NCBI GenBank assembly: GCA_963755125.1 | Contig: CAVWIP010000010.1 | Coordinates: 288,001 to 352,000, forward strand | Reading direction: 5' to 3' | Length of the DNA: 64,000 nucleotides | DNA from: an uncultured delta proteobacterium | GTDB lineage: Bacteria; Myxococcota_A; Polyangia; Fen-1088 | Part shown: piece after piece, positions 34,826 through 44,582 of the stretch | How the letters are laid out: each line of letters starts with the position of its first letter | How positions within the stretch are numbered: the stretch's first letter is position 1 | Program-made: the position numbers and the translations under genes | The notes under the pieces: generated by a model | Told to the model about the DNA's origin: nothing | Seen by the model: only the letters and a program-made list of their open reading frames with translations | The model's database searches: none

Positions 34826-36523
34826 TCACGTCTGTCCGTCGATGACCTCGAGGTCGCCACACAGGGCGTAGCTGTGCACGCCGCGCAGGCCGGGCCAGGC
34901 GTTGGGGTCCACTTCTCGAATCAGCCGCTCTTCATAGCCTCGGGTATCCAGGCGGGTGATTTCGTGGAAGTTCAGTTTGCGCCCGTAGTGGGGTGCGCAA
35001 TGCTGACTGGGGCGATACAGCTTGCCAGCGAGGGACACAATCGCGCCCGCCGAGCGCGCATAGCGCGCGTCCAGCGAAAGCGGACTGGAGGGGTGCATGG
35101 TCCAGTCGCCGTCTAGTCGTTCGGAATGGAACAGCAAGAGCTGGTAGCTAGCCTCGACGGGATCCATGGCCGTGACGAACAGCCAAGTGCGCCCTTCAAA
35201 CGCAAAGGTCATGCTGTCAACCGCCCGAATCGGCAGCAGGGTGCGCACCCTGACCCAGGCATGCGGGAAATCCACCGCGCGATACAGCTCGACGCATCCG
35301 TTCTGCGCGGTTTCCGGGATCATGAACACCTCGCTCTCGGCCTCGAACACCGCCGGATACGACAGATGGTAGGGCCGGCTGAGCACGCGCACCGGCTCGG
35401 ACAACCTGCCCTCGGGCAGAACCTCCATGCAAACCAGCACCCCCTTGCCTTCGGAGAAGCTCAGCTCCTCACAGAATAGCCACAGCCGGCCCTGGCGCCG
35501 CAGCAGGAAGGGATCGGCAAGGTACCCGCCCTGCGGCGGCTGCAGCCAACGGAAAGCCGCCAGCCCTTCCGGAGACGCGCCCTCGACCAGTTTTTGCGGG
35601 GAACCCGAACGCAGGGCAATCCGCCAGCAGAAGTTCAAGTTTGGCCGGCGCACTAGATTGACCAGACGTCGACCGATGCGCGGAACCAGGAATTTCACCA
35701 CGTCGCGGTTGCCAGGATGGTTGCGCCCCCCGGGCTCGCCCTTGCTCGCAGGCAGCACGGCCACGAGATCCTGCGCGAACCGGTCCCAGCCGCGCTGGTG
35801 CAACTCGTGCAGCTTGCGGATCACGAAGGTCAGGGCGGTCAGAGTCGGACGCACGCAGTTCTTGCTGCGGAAAAGGCTGTGCTCGGTGGCGACGCGCGCG
35901 TGGGTCAGCACATGCACGCCGCCCGACGGCCCCCCGTGCATGAGCAAGGCCGTGCTGGAGAGCAGCCGCCCGTCGCGTACCTCGCTGAAACAGGGCGTGG
36001 GCGAACGCGACTCGCTGGGATCGCCCAGGTGAATCGACCACACACCGAAGCGGGCGAGGGCGCCAAGCGCGTCGGGCACCGGCCCAGGCGCACAATGCAG
36101 GATCACGTCGGGTTTCAGCCCCTGCAGGGCGGTCAGCGTGCCCGAGGGGAAGTCAAGCGCGCCGAATGGTTCGGCGCGTTGTGCGGGCAGGTTGGGGACG
36201 CGCGCAAATATGTCCGCGCAATCCACGGGCGCAATCAGCGCCCGGACATCAGGATAGACTTGGCGGTCCCATGCCTCCAGGACATGGAAGGAAATCTGGT
36301 GCAACAATGCCTTGTCCGTCCCCATTGCACCGGATGATGGGGCCACGCCGTCTTGCCGCTCGGTCAAGACCACCGCAACCAAAGTCGCGAAGTTCGACCG
36401 CTCGATGTGCTGCAGGGCGGCCGCCTCGGGTCGGCCCAGGTGCGGGCTGTCAGCCACGGCCACGATACGCAGTCGGGGCGCATCGGCCGAAGAGCGCAGG
36501 AAGAGACTTTCCAGCCCGGCCAC
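34826..36523 (-). CDS. uncharacterised protein: degenerate formyltransferase-like N-terminus plus C-terminal beta-propeller (GH43/GINT1-like)
   Basis: PDVIL...ARFGVWSIHLGD in the N half; YLADPFL, HLSYPAVF, MIPET, RSAG, RPSQ...YG in the C half. Confidence 0.6.
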   Translation of the reverse strand: MAGLESLFLRSSADAPRLRIVAVADSPHLGRPEAAALQHIERSNFATLVAVVLTERQDGVAPSSGAMGTDKALLHQISFHVLEAWDRQVYPDVRALIAPVDCADIFARVPNLPAQRAEPFGALDFPSGTLTALQGLKPDVILHCAPGPVPDALGALARFGVWSIHLGDPSESRSPTPCFSEVRDGRLLSSTALLMHGGPSGGVHVLTHARVATEHSLFRSKNCVRPTLTALTFVIRKLHELHQRGWDRFAQDLVAVLPASKGEPGGRNHPGNRDVVKFLVPRIGRRLVNLVRRPNLNFCWRIALRSGSPQKLVEGASPEGLAAFRWLQPPQGGYLADPFLLRRQGRLWLFCEELSFSEGKGVLVCMEVLPEGRLSEPVRVLSRPYHLSYPAVFEAESEVFMIPETAQNGCVELYRAVDFPHAWVRVRTLLPIRAVDSMTFAFEGRTWLFVTAMDPVEASYQLLLFHSERLDGDWTMHPSSPLSLDARYARSAGAIVSLAGKLYRPSQHCAPHYGRKLNFHEITRLDTRGYEERLIREVDPNAWPGLRGVHSYALCGDLEVIDGQT

Positions 36524-36527
36524 GGCG

Positions 36528-37637
36528 TCACCCAGCCGCTGGCGGCGGCGGCAAGCGGTAGTCGCGGTATTGCGCGGGATTGCCCGAGCGCCCTTCCATG
36601 GCGGCCACCGCGATGTTGTACATCTCCCGAGCTGTCACGTAGTGCAAGACCCAGTCCTTGCCGTCATTGAATATCCCGGTCAGCGCTTGGTGCAACTTTT
36701 GTCCACCCTCCCCCAGCAAGGAAACCGCCTCCGGCTCGGGCGAGCCGTGCGTGTGAACCTTGACGAAGACCCATTCCGGCCGGCCCGCGACGTGAATATT
36801 CTCGACCGCCCAGCGGCGCACGCGCGACGGGGTGGCGGGATCGTTCGATGTGATGCAGGCATTCTCGATGCGCAGGGGCACGCGGGTGGCGCGCAAATGG
36901 AGAGCCAGCGGGCCCTCGATCATCAGGATGCGGTCCTCGCGCATGTGGCCCACGCGGGCCGGCTCGCCCTGTTCATAGGCGCGCGCACGGCTGAGGTCGC
37001 CCACCGGCCAGTAGATGCGGTTGACGATGTTGGGCTGCGACTCGTCGGGTGCCGAGGGAAAGGTGAAGTCGGCGTAGCAGCCCGTCTCGAAGAGCAGAGG
37101 AATCTCGTCGTCGACGCCGCACGCGCGGCCGTCGTGTCGCCCATTGGCCAGGGCCCAGTCACCGTGGATGAAGGCGTAGCGAAGACGGCCGTCCGGATCC
37201 CGGGCCAGATGCCCGTGCTCGGCGAACAGGCGCAGCGACTGTTCGAGCTGGGGTCGCAAGCTTTCCCGCGTGTCCCCCTCGTGGTGCAGGTGCAGCTCGA
37301 CCTCGCCCAGTCCCGCGCCCGCCAGCTTGGCCAGCGGCTCGAGAAACTCTGGCCGGTACTGTTCACCGGGGAAGAAGAACGTGTGTCGTGGGGGCAGCCC
37401 ATCGGCGTCGCGGAAGTTCCGCGCCAGCGCCGGGTAGCCATCGGCCCAGGTCTTCATGCGCGCGCGGCCCTGGGCATCGTCGACGCCGTTCCATAACGGC
37501 TCGTGATGGTCGCAGAACGCAAAAAGCAGGTGACGCACATCAAGGAACTCGCTGGCCCACGCACGACCGATGCGGTGGGAAATCCAGCCGCGAATCCAGG
37601 TGTGCAAGTTTCTCTCCCAGCTCATGTCCAGGGCCAT
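36528..37637 (-). CDS. conserved hypothetical His-rich protein (deacetylase/metal-hydrolase-like)
   Basis: CDHHEP, PRHTFFFPGEQY, VELHLHH, FIHGDWAL, YADFTFPS, VKVHTHG, YVTAREMYN. Confidence 0.6.
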   Translation of the reverse strand: MALDMSWERNLHTWIRGWISHRIGRAWASEFLDVRHLLFAFCDHHEPLWNGVDDAQGRARMKTWADGYPALARNFRDADGLPPRHTFFFPGEQYRPEFLEPLAKLAGAGLGEVELHLHHEGDTRESLRPQLEQSLRLFAEHGHLARDPDGRLRYAFIHGDWALANGRHDGRACGVDDEIPLLFETGCYADFTFPSAPDESQPNIVNRIYWPVGDLSRARAYEQGEPARVGHMREDRILMIEGPLALHLRATRVPLRIENACITSNDPATPSRVRRWAVENIHVAGRPEWVFVKVHTHGSPEPEAVSLLGEGGQKLHQALTGIFNDGKDWVLHYVTAREMYNIAVAAMEGRSGNPAQYRDYRLPPPPAAG

Positions 37638-37685
37638 TTGGCCGCAAGGATAGCAAACCGCGCCGGGTTGGCATGGGCGTGGCCG

Positions 37686-38246
37686 CTATTCCACCAGCAA
37701 GACCCCGAGATGGCGTTGCGGGTCGATCCGTCGCAGCCACTCGTGCAGGCGGAACTCCGTGGCGCCGCCGGGGCGGGCCATGAGCACCACGCCGTCCACC
37801 ACGTAGAGTAGGGAGGCTCCCGAACCGGCCACTGCCGGCTTGCCGAAGGCAACCAGCACACGATCGAAGCGGGCGGAAGAGTCCTCCAGCGCGCGCTCAA
37901 GAGCGGCGGGACGGTCGCCCCCTACGGGGACTTCGGGACGGACAGCCAACCCCTCCTCCCCCGGCGCGCTTCGCGCGCGCGCGTCGCCCACGTCCGGTGT
38001 GCCGCTGCGCTCAGCCAATGCCGGCGGCGACTCGGTATCCAGGACATGCACGCGGTCGCCCAGCGCCTCAAAGGCAAGCGCCAACCGCCGTGCCGTGGGC
38101 AGGACCTGCATGCCCGCGTGCAGAGGGAAAAGGCCCACCCGGACGCACTGCCGCGCCCGGATTCGTTGCGCGACCGCCAGGGTTTCGGGATCGAGGGCTG
38201 CCGCCGAGTGCGACGAACTGTTTCCCGTCCCGCGGGCATCCGACAT
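37686..38246 (-). CDS. degenerate BY-kinase-like protein lacking Walker A
   Basis: C half FDRVLV...VDGVVLMARPGGAT...HLGVLL aligns with the CpsD/CapB C-terminus; no GxGK[ST]. Confidence 0.55.
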   Translation of the reverse strand: MSDARGTGNSSSHSAAALDPETLAVAQRIRARQCVRVGLFPLHAGMQVLPTARRLALAFEALGDRVHVLDTESPPALAERSGTPDVGDARARSAPGEEGLAVRPEVPVGGDRPAALERALEDSSARFDRVLVAFGKPAVAGSGASLLYVVDGVVLMARPGGATEFRLHEWLRRIDPQRHLGVLLVE

Positions 38247-38275
38247 GCTATAGAGCATAAACTAGGGAGGCTGCA

Positions 38276-39673
38276 GTGTCGGTCAGAATCCGGTGGCTGA
38301 TTGGCGGATCTGCACCGCGGCCACGCAATCGAGCAAACTTGGCTATTGATAGGACGTCCAGATCGCGACGGCGATGGCAGGCGCTCGCCGGGTTGGTTAT
38401 TGTGGCGACCCTCGCGCAGCCGGCCGTGGCCGACCCGCTCGACTACGAATTGGGCGCCGGGGCCTTTGTCGGGGTCACCGACAATGCGCTGGGCGTTCCC
38501 AGCGGTACTCCGGGTTCGGGAGGCGACGTGCTGGTGCTGGGCCGCTTGGATGCCGGCTTGACCCTGACCCGTCAGTTCTCCGAACACCGGCTGGTCTATG
38601 CCTTCACCGCCAGCGATTACCTGCGCCAGTCCGGTGGCGACATTCTGTCCAACTCGCTGGCCTGGCAAGCCGGTTTCCAGCCGCGCGCCTGGCTGCGACT
38701 CACTACGGCCCTGGCCGCGACCCAAGGCCGCCTGACCTCGCTCGACGTGGCCTCGGCGTCCGCCGGCGGCGCCTCGATAGGGCTGACCGGGCCACGACCG
38801 GCGGCGCCCCTGCTCTACGCCTCGGCCGACGCCCGGCAAGGACTCAGCGCAGAGCTGTCGCCGCGCTGGCGCCTGTTGCAGTCGCTGGCTGCTCTGGGTT
38901 TCTGGCCGCTGCAAGCGAACACGCAAAGCCCGAGCAGCTACTCGGGCGAGCTTGGCCTGGGCCTGGAGCGTACCTTCGCCCGCGACGGCGTCTCGCTGAA
39001 TGCGCGCGGACTGGCGATGCAGGCGAATCAGGTCAGTTCGCAGGGCGTGGTGCTCTCGCCCCAGTTCCGCGCCGACGGGGTCGAGGGCAACCTGGGCTGG
39101 CGCCACACCTTCACGCCGGTGTGGAGCGACTACCTTTCGGGCGGCGGGATGCTCGTCGACGCCCCTGCCGGCTCGACCCCGCGCCTGTTTCCCGTCGGCC
39201 TGGCCGAGCTCCTGGCCCACAGCGAGACCAGGGATGCGAGCCTGCGGGTCGAGCGCACCGTCACGCCCGACGTGTTTGCCGGCGACATCTTCTTGAGCAC
39301 GCGCGTGGTGGTCAATGCCACGGCCGGTTTTGGCAAGACGCAGAAGCTGCAATTGCGTGGCTCGGGCAGCGTCGACCGGGCATCGGCCATCGGCGCGGCC
39401 AGCGACAACCGGGGAAGCGCGACGGTGTGGCAAACCCAGGTCGTCATGACCTATGGCGTACCGGGCCCGCTCTTGCTCAGCCTCGAGTATGCCTTCACTG
39501 ATCAACAAGCCGACGCGCCCGGGACCAGCGCAACGCCGACTTTTCTCAGTTTCCGGCGCAACCTGGTCATGCTGGGCATCGAGGTCAAGTACGCGTCCCT
39601 GCGTCCGCTCATGGGCGGCGGCGCGCGGAGGATTCGTGGGGCGGGCAACCCCGCCGAGGATCCCCGGCGATGA
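38276..39673 (+). CDS. putative outer-membrane beta-barrel partner of short OPX
   Basis: Signal-like LAGLVIVATLAQPAVA-D, TDNA near the N-terminus, many amphipathic strands, RRNLVMLGIEVKY near the C-terminus. Start uncertain. Confidence 0.6.
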   Translation: MSVRIRWLIGGSAPRPRNRANLAIDRTSRSRRRWQALAGLVIVATLAQPAVADPLDYELGAGAFVGVTDNALGVPSGTPGSGGDVLVLGRLDAGLTLTRQFSEHRLVYAFTASDYLRQSGGDILSNSLAWQAGFQPRAWLRLTTALAATQGRLTSLDVASASAGGASIGLTGPRPAAPLLYASADARQGLSAELSPRWRLLQSLAALGFWPLQANTQSPSSYSGELGLGLERTFARDGVSLNARGLAMQANQVSSQGVVLSPQFRADGVEGNLGWRHTFTPVWSDYLSGGGMLVDAPAGSTPRLFPVGLAELLAHSETRDASLRVERTVTPDVFAGDIFLSTRVVVNATAGFGKTQKLQLRGSGSVDRASAIGAASDNRGSATVWQTQVVMTYGVPGPLLLSLEYAFTDQQADAPGTSATPTFLSFRRNLVMLGIEVKYASLRPLMGGGARRIRGAGNPAEDPRR

Positions 39674-40854
39674 AGATCCTGTTTCTCAGCAGTCTTTGCG
39701 CGACGCCGCTTCTGCCCGACCTGAGTCCTGGCAACGCCCGCATCCTGCGCGCCCTGCGTGCCATTGTCGACTGCCGCGCGATCATCCCGGTGCCCCTCTT
39801 CCCGGCCGCGCTCACCCGGCTGCTGCGGCGGCAGCCCACCCAGATCCCGGCGGTGGAGGTCGATCAAGACGGATCGCTCATCTTCCACCCACGCACCTTC
39901 CACATCCCCGGCGTTGCGCGCTTTCTCAACGCCGCATTCTATGCCTTGTCGGTCGCCCCCATGGTCCGTGACGAGGTGGCGAGCTTCCGGCCCGACGTGA
40001 TCCTGGCACCCTGGGCCTATCCCGATGGCACCGCCGCGGTAGCACTGGGCAGGATACTGGGAGTCCCGGTGGTGGTGCGCGCCATGGGCAGCGACATCAA
40101 TGAGGTCGCGCGCATGCCGGGACGACGCCCGCAGATCCGCTGGGCCTTGCGCCACGCAGCCCGCGTGATCGCCGTGAGCCGAGCCATGGGCCAGGTCATC
40201 ACCGCGCTGGGCGTGCCCGAGCAGAGCATCGCGGTCATTCCCACCGGAGTGGAGCCCGCCATCTTCCACCCTGGCGATCGCGCCCTGGCACGATCCACGC
40301 TGGGCCTGGCGCCCGGGCCGCTGGTCCTGGTGGTCGCGCGGCTTTCCCCTGAAAAGGGACTGGTCCACCTGCTTGCCGCCATGTCCCTGGCCGGCAAGCG
40401 CTGCCCCTTTCGGCTGGTCATCGTCGGCGACGGGGCGCAACGCTGCGAATTGGAGGAGGAGGCGGGGCGCCGCGGCCTGCGCGAGCGCATCCGCTTCGAC
40501 GGCTTCCAGCCCGAGGCGCGCCTGCCTCTCTACTACTCGGCGGCTGACCTGGTCTGCCTGCCCAGCCTGGCCGAAGGCTGGCCCGACGTGCTCATGGAAA
40601 GCTTCGCCTGCGGTTGCCCGGTGGTGGCGTCTGCCGTGGGGGGCGTTCCCGACATCGTGGCACTGACCGGGGCTGGTCTGACCGTGCCGCCCGCCAGCCC
40701 CGATGCCCTGGCGCACGCGCTGGAGGCGGCCCTGGCACGCGAATGGGACCGTCAGGCGATCGTGGGAGCCATGGCCGGCCACACCATCGCGGGCACTGCC
40801 CGCCGCTACCTCGAAGTCTGTCAAGACGCCGCCCAGGGGGTTCTGCCAACATGA
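39670..40854 (+). CDS. glycosyltransferase family 4 (TuaC-like)
   Basis: WAYPDG, GSDIN, VARLSPEKG, PSLAEGWPDVLMESFACG. Confidence 0.88.
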   Translation: MKILFLSSLCATPLLPDLSPGNARILRALRAIVDCRAIIPVPLFPAALTRLLRRQPTQIPAVEVDQDGSLIFHPRTFHIPGVARFLNAAFYALSVAPMVRDEVASFRPDVILAPWAYPDGTAAVALGRILGVPVVVRAMGSDINEVARMPGRRPQIRWALRHAARVIAVSRAMGQVITALGVPEQSIAVIPTGVEPAIFHPGDRALARSTLGLAPGPLVLVVARLSPEKGLVHLLAAMSLAGKRCPFRLVIVGDGAQRCELEEEAGRRGLRERIRFDGFQPEARLPLYYSAADLVCLPSLAEGWPDVLMESFACGCPVVASAVGGVPDIVALTGAGLTVPPASPDALAHALEAALAREWDRQAIVGAMAGHTIAGTARRYLEVCQDAAQGVLPT

Positions 40855-41990
40855 AGCAAGACTCGCAATCTCGCTCACCGGGTGCGCCCCGTCCCTTGTG
40901 CGTGGCCATCGTCGGCTGCGGCAAGATCGCTGACGGCCATGTCGAGGAGATCCGCAAGCTGCCCGGGCAGGCGCAGGTGGTGGCGGTCTGCGATCGGGAA
41001 GGCCTGATGGCCGAGCAACTGGCCACCCGCTTCGCTATCCCGGCCCATTACGACGATTTCGCGCAATTGCTGGAACGGGAGCGGCCGGACGTAGTCCACA
41101 TCACCACGCCGCCGCAGTCGCACGCGGCCCTGGCGCTGCAAGCCCTGGCTGCAGGCTGCCACGTGTACGTGGAGAAACCCTTCGCCCTCGACGGTGCCCA
41201 GGCGGCCCAGATGGTGGCGGCCGCGCAAAGTCAGCAGCGCAAGATCACCGTCGGCCATTCCTATTTCTTCGACCCACCCGCCTTGCAGTTGCGCCGCCTG
41301 GTGGCCGAGGGTGCGCTGGGCGAGCCGGTGCACGTGGAGAGTTTCTACGGCTACGACCTGGGCGGCGCTTTTGGCAAGGCGCTGCTCGCCGATACCAGCC
41401 ATTGGGTGCACGGCCTTCCCGGCAAGCTGTTTCACAACATCATCGACCACATGCTCAACAAGATCCTCGAGTTCGTGCCCGACGAGGTTCCCCAGGTGAC
41501 CGCGCTGGCGAGCAGCCTGCGGCCCGAGCGCTTCGGCGACGAGCGCGACGCCATGATGGACGAGTTGCGCGTGCTGGTGTGGGGCCAGCGGGTCACCGGG
41601 TACGGGACTTTCTCGTCGCACATCCGGCCCGCGGGCCACCTGGTTCGCGTCTACGGTACGCGCAACACCGCGCATGTCGATCTGGTGGCCCGCACCGTCA
41701 CCCTGCAAGCCAGTCCCAAACTGCCCAGCGCCATCGGCCGCCTGCTGCCGCCCTTCGAGCAGGCCGGCGCGCTGGTCGGGCAGGGTTGGTCCAACCTGGG
41801 CCGCTTTCTGCACTCCGATTTCCAGTATTTCGCGGGCATGCGGCATCTGATGTCGCTGTTCTTCGACAGCATCGCGCACGACGGGCCGCTCCCGATTTCC
41901 TACCGCGACATCCTGCGCATCACCAACATGATGGATGAGATCTTCCGTCAGGTGCGCGCGCAGGGCGCGGCAGCGGAGGGCAGCGCATGA
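40851..41990 (+). CDS. Gfo/Idh/MocA-family oxidoreductase
   Basis: VGCGKIADGH, ITTPPQSH, VYVEKP. Confidence 0.88.
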   Translation: MKQDSQSRSPGAPRPLCVAIVGCGKIADGHVEEIRKLPGQAQVVAVCDREGLMAEQLATRFAIPAHYDDFAQLLERERPDVVHITTPPQSHAALALQALAAGCHVYVEKPFALDGAQAAQMVAAAQSQQRKITVGHSYFFDPPALQLRRLVAEGALGEPVHVESFYGYDLGGAFGKALLADTSHWVHGLPGKLFHNIIDHMLNKILEFVPDEVPQVTALASSLRPERFGDERDAMMDELRVLVWGQRVTGYGTFSSHIRPAGHLVRVYGTRNTAHVDLVARTVTLQASPKLPSAIGRLLPPFEQAGALVGQGWSNLGRFLHSDFQYFAGMRHLMSLFFDSIAHDGPLPISYRDILRITNMMDEIFRQVRAQGAAAEGSA

Positions 41991-42988
41991 CGACGTTGGT
42001 GACAGGCGCGACGGGATTCCTGGGCGGCGCTCTTGTCGAGCGCCTGCTCGCCCATGGCAGCGAGCGCATTCGCTGCCTGGTGCGGGCGAGTTCCCGCGCG
42101 GTTCGGCTCGAACGGCTTGCGGCCACCCAGGGTGCGGTGTCTCTCGTGCGAGGCAGCTTGACCAGCCCGGACGCCGCGCTCGCTGCGCTCGGCGATGCGG
42201 ACGTGGTGTACCACCTGGCCGCTGGCACCGGTGGCGCGGCTGCGGATCTCTTCTTGAATTCCGTGGTGGCATCGAAGAATCTTCTCGAGGCCCTTGTCCG
42301 CCGGCCGCAGCCGCCCAAGCTGGTGCTGGTCAGCTCGTTCGGTGTGTACGGCACGGCCGGACTGCCGCGCGGAGCGCTGGTTGACGAGGACACTCCGATC
42401 GAGTCCCATCCCGAACAGCGCGATCTCTACTCGCATGCCAAGTGGCGGCAGGAGACGTTGGTCCGCGAATACCACGCACGGCATGGTTTCCCTCTGGTCG
42501 TCGTGCGTCCCGGCGTGATCTACGGCCCGGGCGGAGTACCCATCTCGAACCGTGTCGGGCTGAACCTGGCTGGCCTCTTCCTTCACCTGGGCGGCGACAA
42601 TCTGCTGCCGCTCACTTATGTCGACAACTGTGCCGAGGCCATCGTCGTGGCTGGTCAGCGGGGCGCGAGCGACGGAGCTTCTTACAACGTGGTAGACGAC
42701 GATTTGCCCACCTGTGCTGACTATCTTCGCCGGTACCAAAGTGAGGTTCGTCCCCTGCGGGCGGTTCGCATGCCCTACCCGGTCACCAGGGCCATGTCCT
42801 GGCTGTACCAGCGCTACCACCAACACTCCCAGGGTCAGCTTCCCGCGCTGTTCACGCCCTACCGAACCGCAACGAGTTGGGGTGGAAACCGCTTCAGCAA
42901 CGCCAAGCTCAAGAGTCTGGGCTGGCAACCCATCGTCTCAACCGACGAAGGCCTGCGCCGCACCTTCGCGGCCCTCGCGGGCGGCTGA
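41987..42988 (+). CDS. NAD-dependent epimerase/dehydratase (extended SDR)
   Basis: VTGATGFLG, YHLAA, VSSFGVYG, YSHAK, RPGVIYGP. Confidence 0.88.
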   Translation: MTTLVTGATGFLGGALVERLLAHGSERIRCLVRASSRAVRLERLAATQGAVSLVRGSLTSPDAALAALGDADVVYHLAAGTGGAAADLFLNSVVASKNLLEALVRRPQPPKLVLVSSFGVYGTAGLPRGALVDEDTPIESHPEQRDLYSHAKWRQETLVREYHARHGFPLVVVRPGVIYGPGGVPISNRVGLNLAGLFLHLGGDNLLPLTYVDNCAEAIVVAGQRGASDGASYNVVDDDLPTCADYLRRYQSEVRPLRAVRMPYPVTRAMSWLYQRYHQHSQGQLPALFTPYRTATSWGGNRFSNAKLKSLGWQPIVSTDEGLRRTFAALAGG

Positions 42989-43083
42989 AAAGAATCCACG
43001 ACGCGTCTTGCCGGCGTATGGCACGGACCGCGGCCCGCGCCCCAATCCTTGCCATCGCGTTTCGCACGATGCAACCTCCGGCC

Positions 43084-44577
43084 ATGGCTCGTGCGCGGTT
43101 GACCGGACCAGTTGCTCTCCTGGCGGCGGCTTCACTCGCCGGCTGTTCGCTGGCTGCGCACGCGGCTGGCGACACGGCCGCGGAGGCTGGATGTCCGGCT
43201 GGCCGGGGCCGGACCTACGAAGTGGGGCCGCAGGGTCGCCTGCAACGGCTGGCCGATGTTCCGTGGTCGTCCCTGGGCCCGGGGGATCGCGTTCTTGTGC
43301 ACTGGCGCCCCGAACCGTATCGCGAACAGGTTCTCGTCTCGGCCCAGGGCACGGCCGCGCAGCCGATCCGTATCTGCGGCGTTCCCGGCCCGCAGGGCCA
43401 GCTTCCGGTGATCACGGGTCAGGATGCCCGCACGGTTCGCGCACTGGAACTCCCCTACCCGCCCACGCAGGAACGCGGAGTCGTGGTGGTGAGCCAGCGC
43501 GAAAGCCAAGCCTGGGGCGTCAAGCCCCGTCATGTCGTGCTGGAAGGGCTGGACCTGCGGGGCGCCCACCCGAGATACACTTTTACCGACCAGACGGGAA
43601 AACGCCGGCGCTTCTCCACCAGCGCCGCCGCACTCTTCATCGAACGGGGCGAGCACATCGTGGTCCGCCATTGCACGCTGACCGACTCGGCCAACGGTCT
43701 TTTCGTGGCCTCCGGCGATTCGGAAGAAGTGGTATCGCGTGACATCCTGGCCGAGGGAAACCATATCTACGGCAACGGGATTGCGGGTTCCTACTACCAG
43801 CACAATGCCTACACCGAGGCGGTCGGGATGGTGTATCAGTACAACCGATTCGGGTCACTGCGACCCGGCGCCGGCGGCAACGCTCTCAAGGACCGCTCGG
43901 CCGGTACGGTGATCCGCTACAACTGGATCGAGGGCGGGGCCCATCTGCTCGATCTGGTCGAGGCCGAGGAAAGTTCAGGGATCACCAAGTTGGATCCGAG
44001 ATACCGGAGAACCTACGTCTACGGCAACGTCTTGCTCAACGGGCCGCTGGACGGCCCGGTCATCGTGCACTACGGGGGCGACAACGGCACTACGGCGGAC
44101 TACCGCAAGGGAACGCTTCACTTCTTCAACAACACCGTGATCATTCGCGGCGAGCAGAAGGAGCGCTGGAACACAGTGCTCTTCCGTCTGGAAACCAGCG
44201 ACGAAATGGCTGATGTGCGCAACAACATCATGTTTCGTCAGGGAAGCACGCATGTCTTCTGGCTGGACGGTCCGGGTCGTCTCCATCTTGGCACCAATTG
44301 GGCGAGCGATGGGTTCGGTCAACGGGTGGAGGCCGAAGCGGGCATGGCCCCCATCACAGGCCTCGACCGCGTCATCGTGGGCCGCGACAGCCCGTTCGCC
44401 AATGTGGACGGCGGCGATCTTCGGGTGCGGCCTGGCTCGGAAGCCTCCCGCCCTGGCGACCCGCCTGCACCCGGCGTGGCTCCCGAACACTTGCCTGCGC
44501 AGGTGTACGTGCCCCACCAGAAGGCCAGGGCGCTCTCGGTGGGGACAGCCCGCAGGGCACTGGGCGCCCTCGAGTAG
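43084..44577 (+). CDS. right-handed beta-helix lipoprotein, putative polysaccharide lyase/hydrolase
   Basis: Lipobox LAGC; LGPGDRV, GTAAQPIRI, HNAYTE, LKDRSAG and asparagine-ladder repeats (GNHIYGN, FNNT, RNNI). Start uncertain. Confidence 0.72.
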   Translation: MARARLTGPVALLAAASLAGCSLAAHAAGDTAAEAGCPAGRGRTYEVGPQGRLQRLADVPWSSLGPGDRVLVHWRPEPYREQVLVSAQGTAAQPIRICGVPGPQGQLPVITGQDARTVRALELPYPPTQERGVVVVSQRESQAWGVKPRHVVLEGLDLRGAHPRYTFTDQTGKRRRFSTSAAALFIERGEHIVVRHCTLTDSANGLFVASGDSEEVVSRDILAEGNHIYGNGIAGSYYQHNAYTEAVGMVYQYNRFGSLRPGAGGNALKDRSAGTVIRYNWIEGGAHLLDLVEAEESSGITKLDPRYRRTYVYGNVLLNGPLDGPVIVHYGGDNGTTADYRKGTLHFFNNTVIIRGEQKERWNTVLFRLETSDEMADVRNNIMFRQGSTHVFWLDGPGRLHLGTNWASDGFGQRVEAEAGMAPITGLDRVIVGRDSPFANVDGGDLRVRPGSEASRPGDPPAPGVAPEHLPAQVYVPHQKARALSVGTARRALGALE

Positions 44578-44582
44578 CGCCG

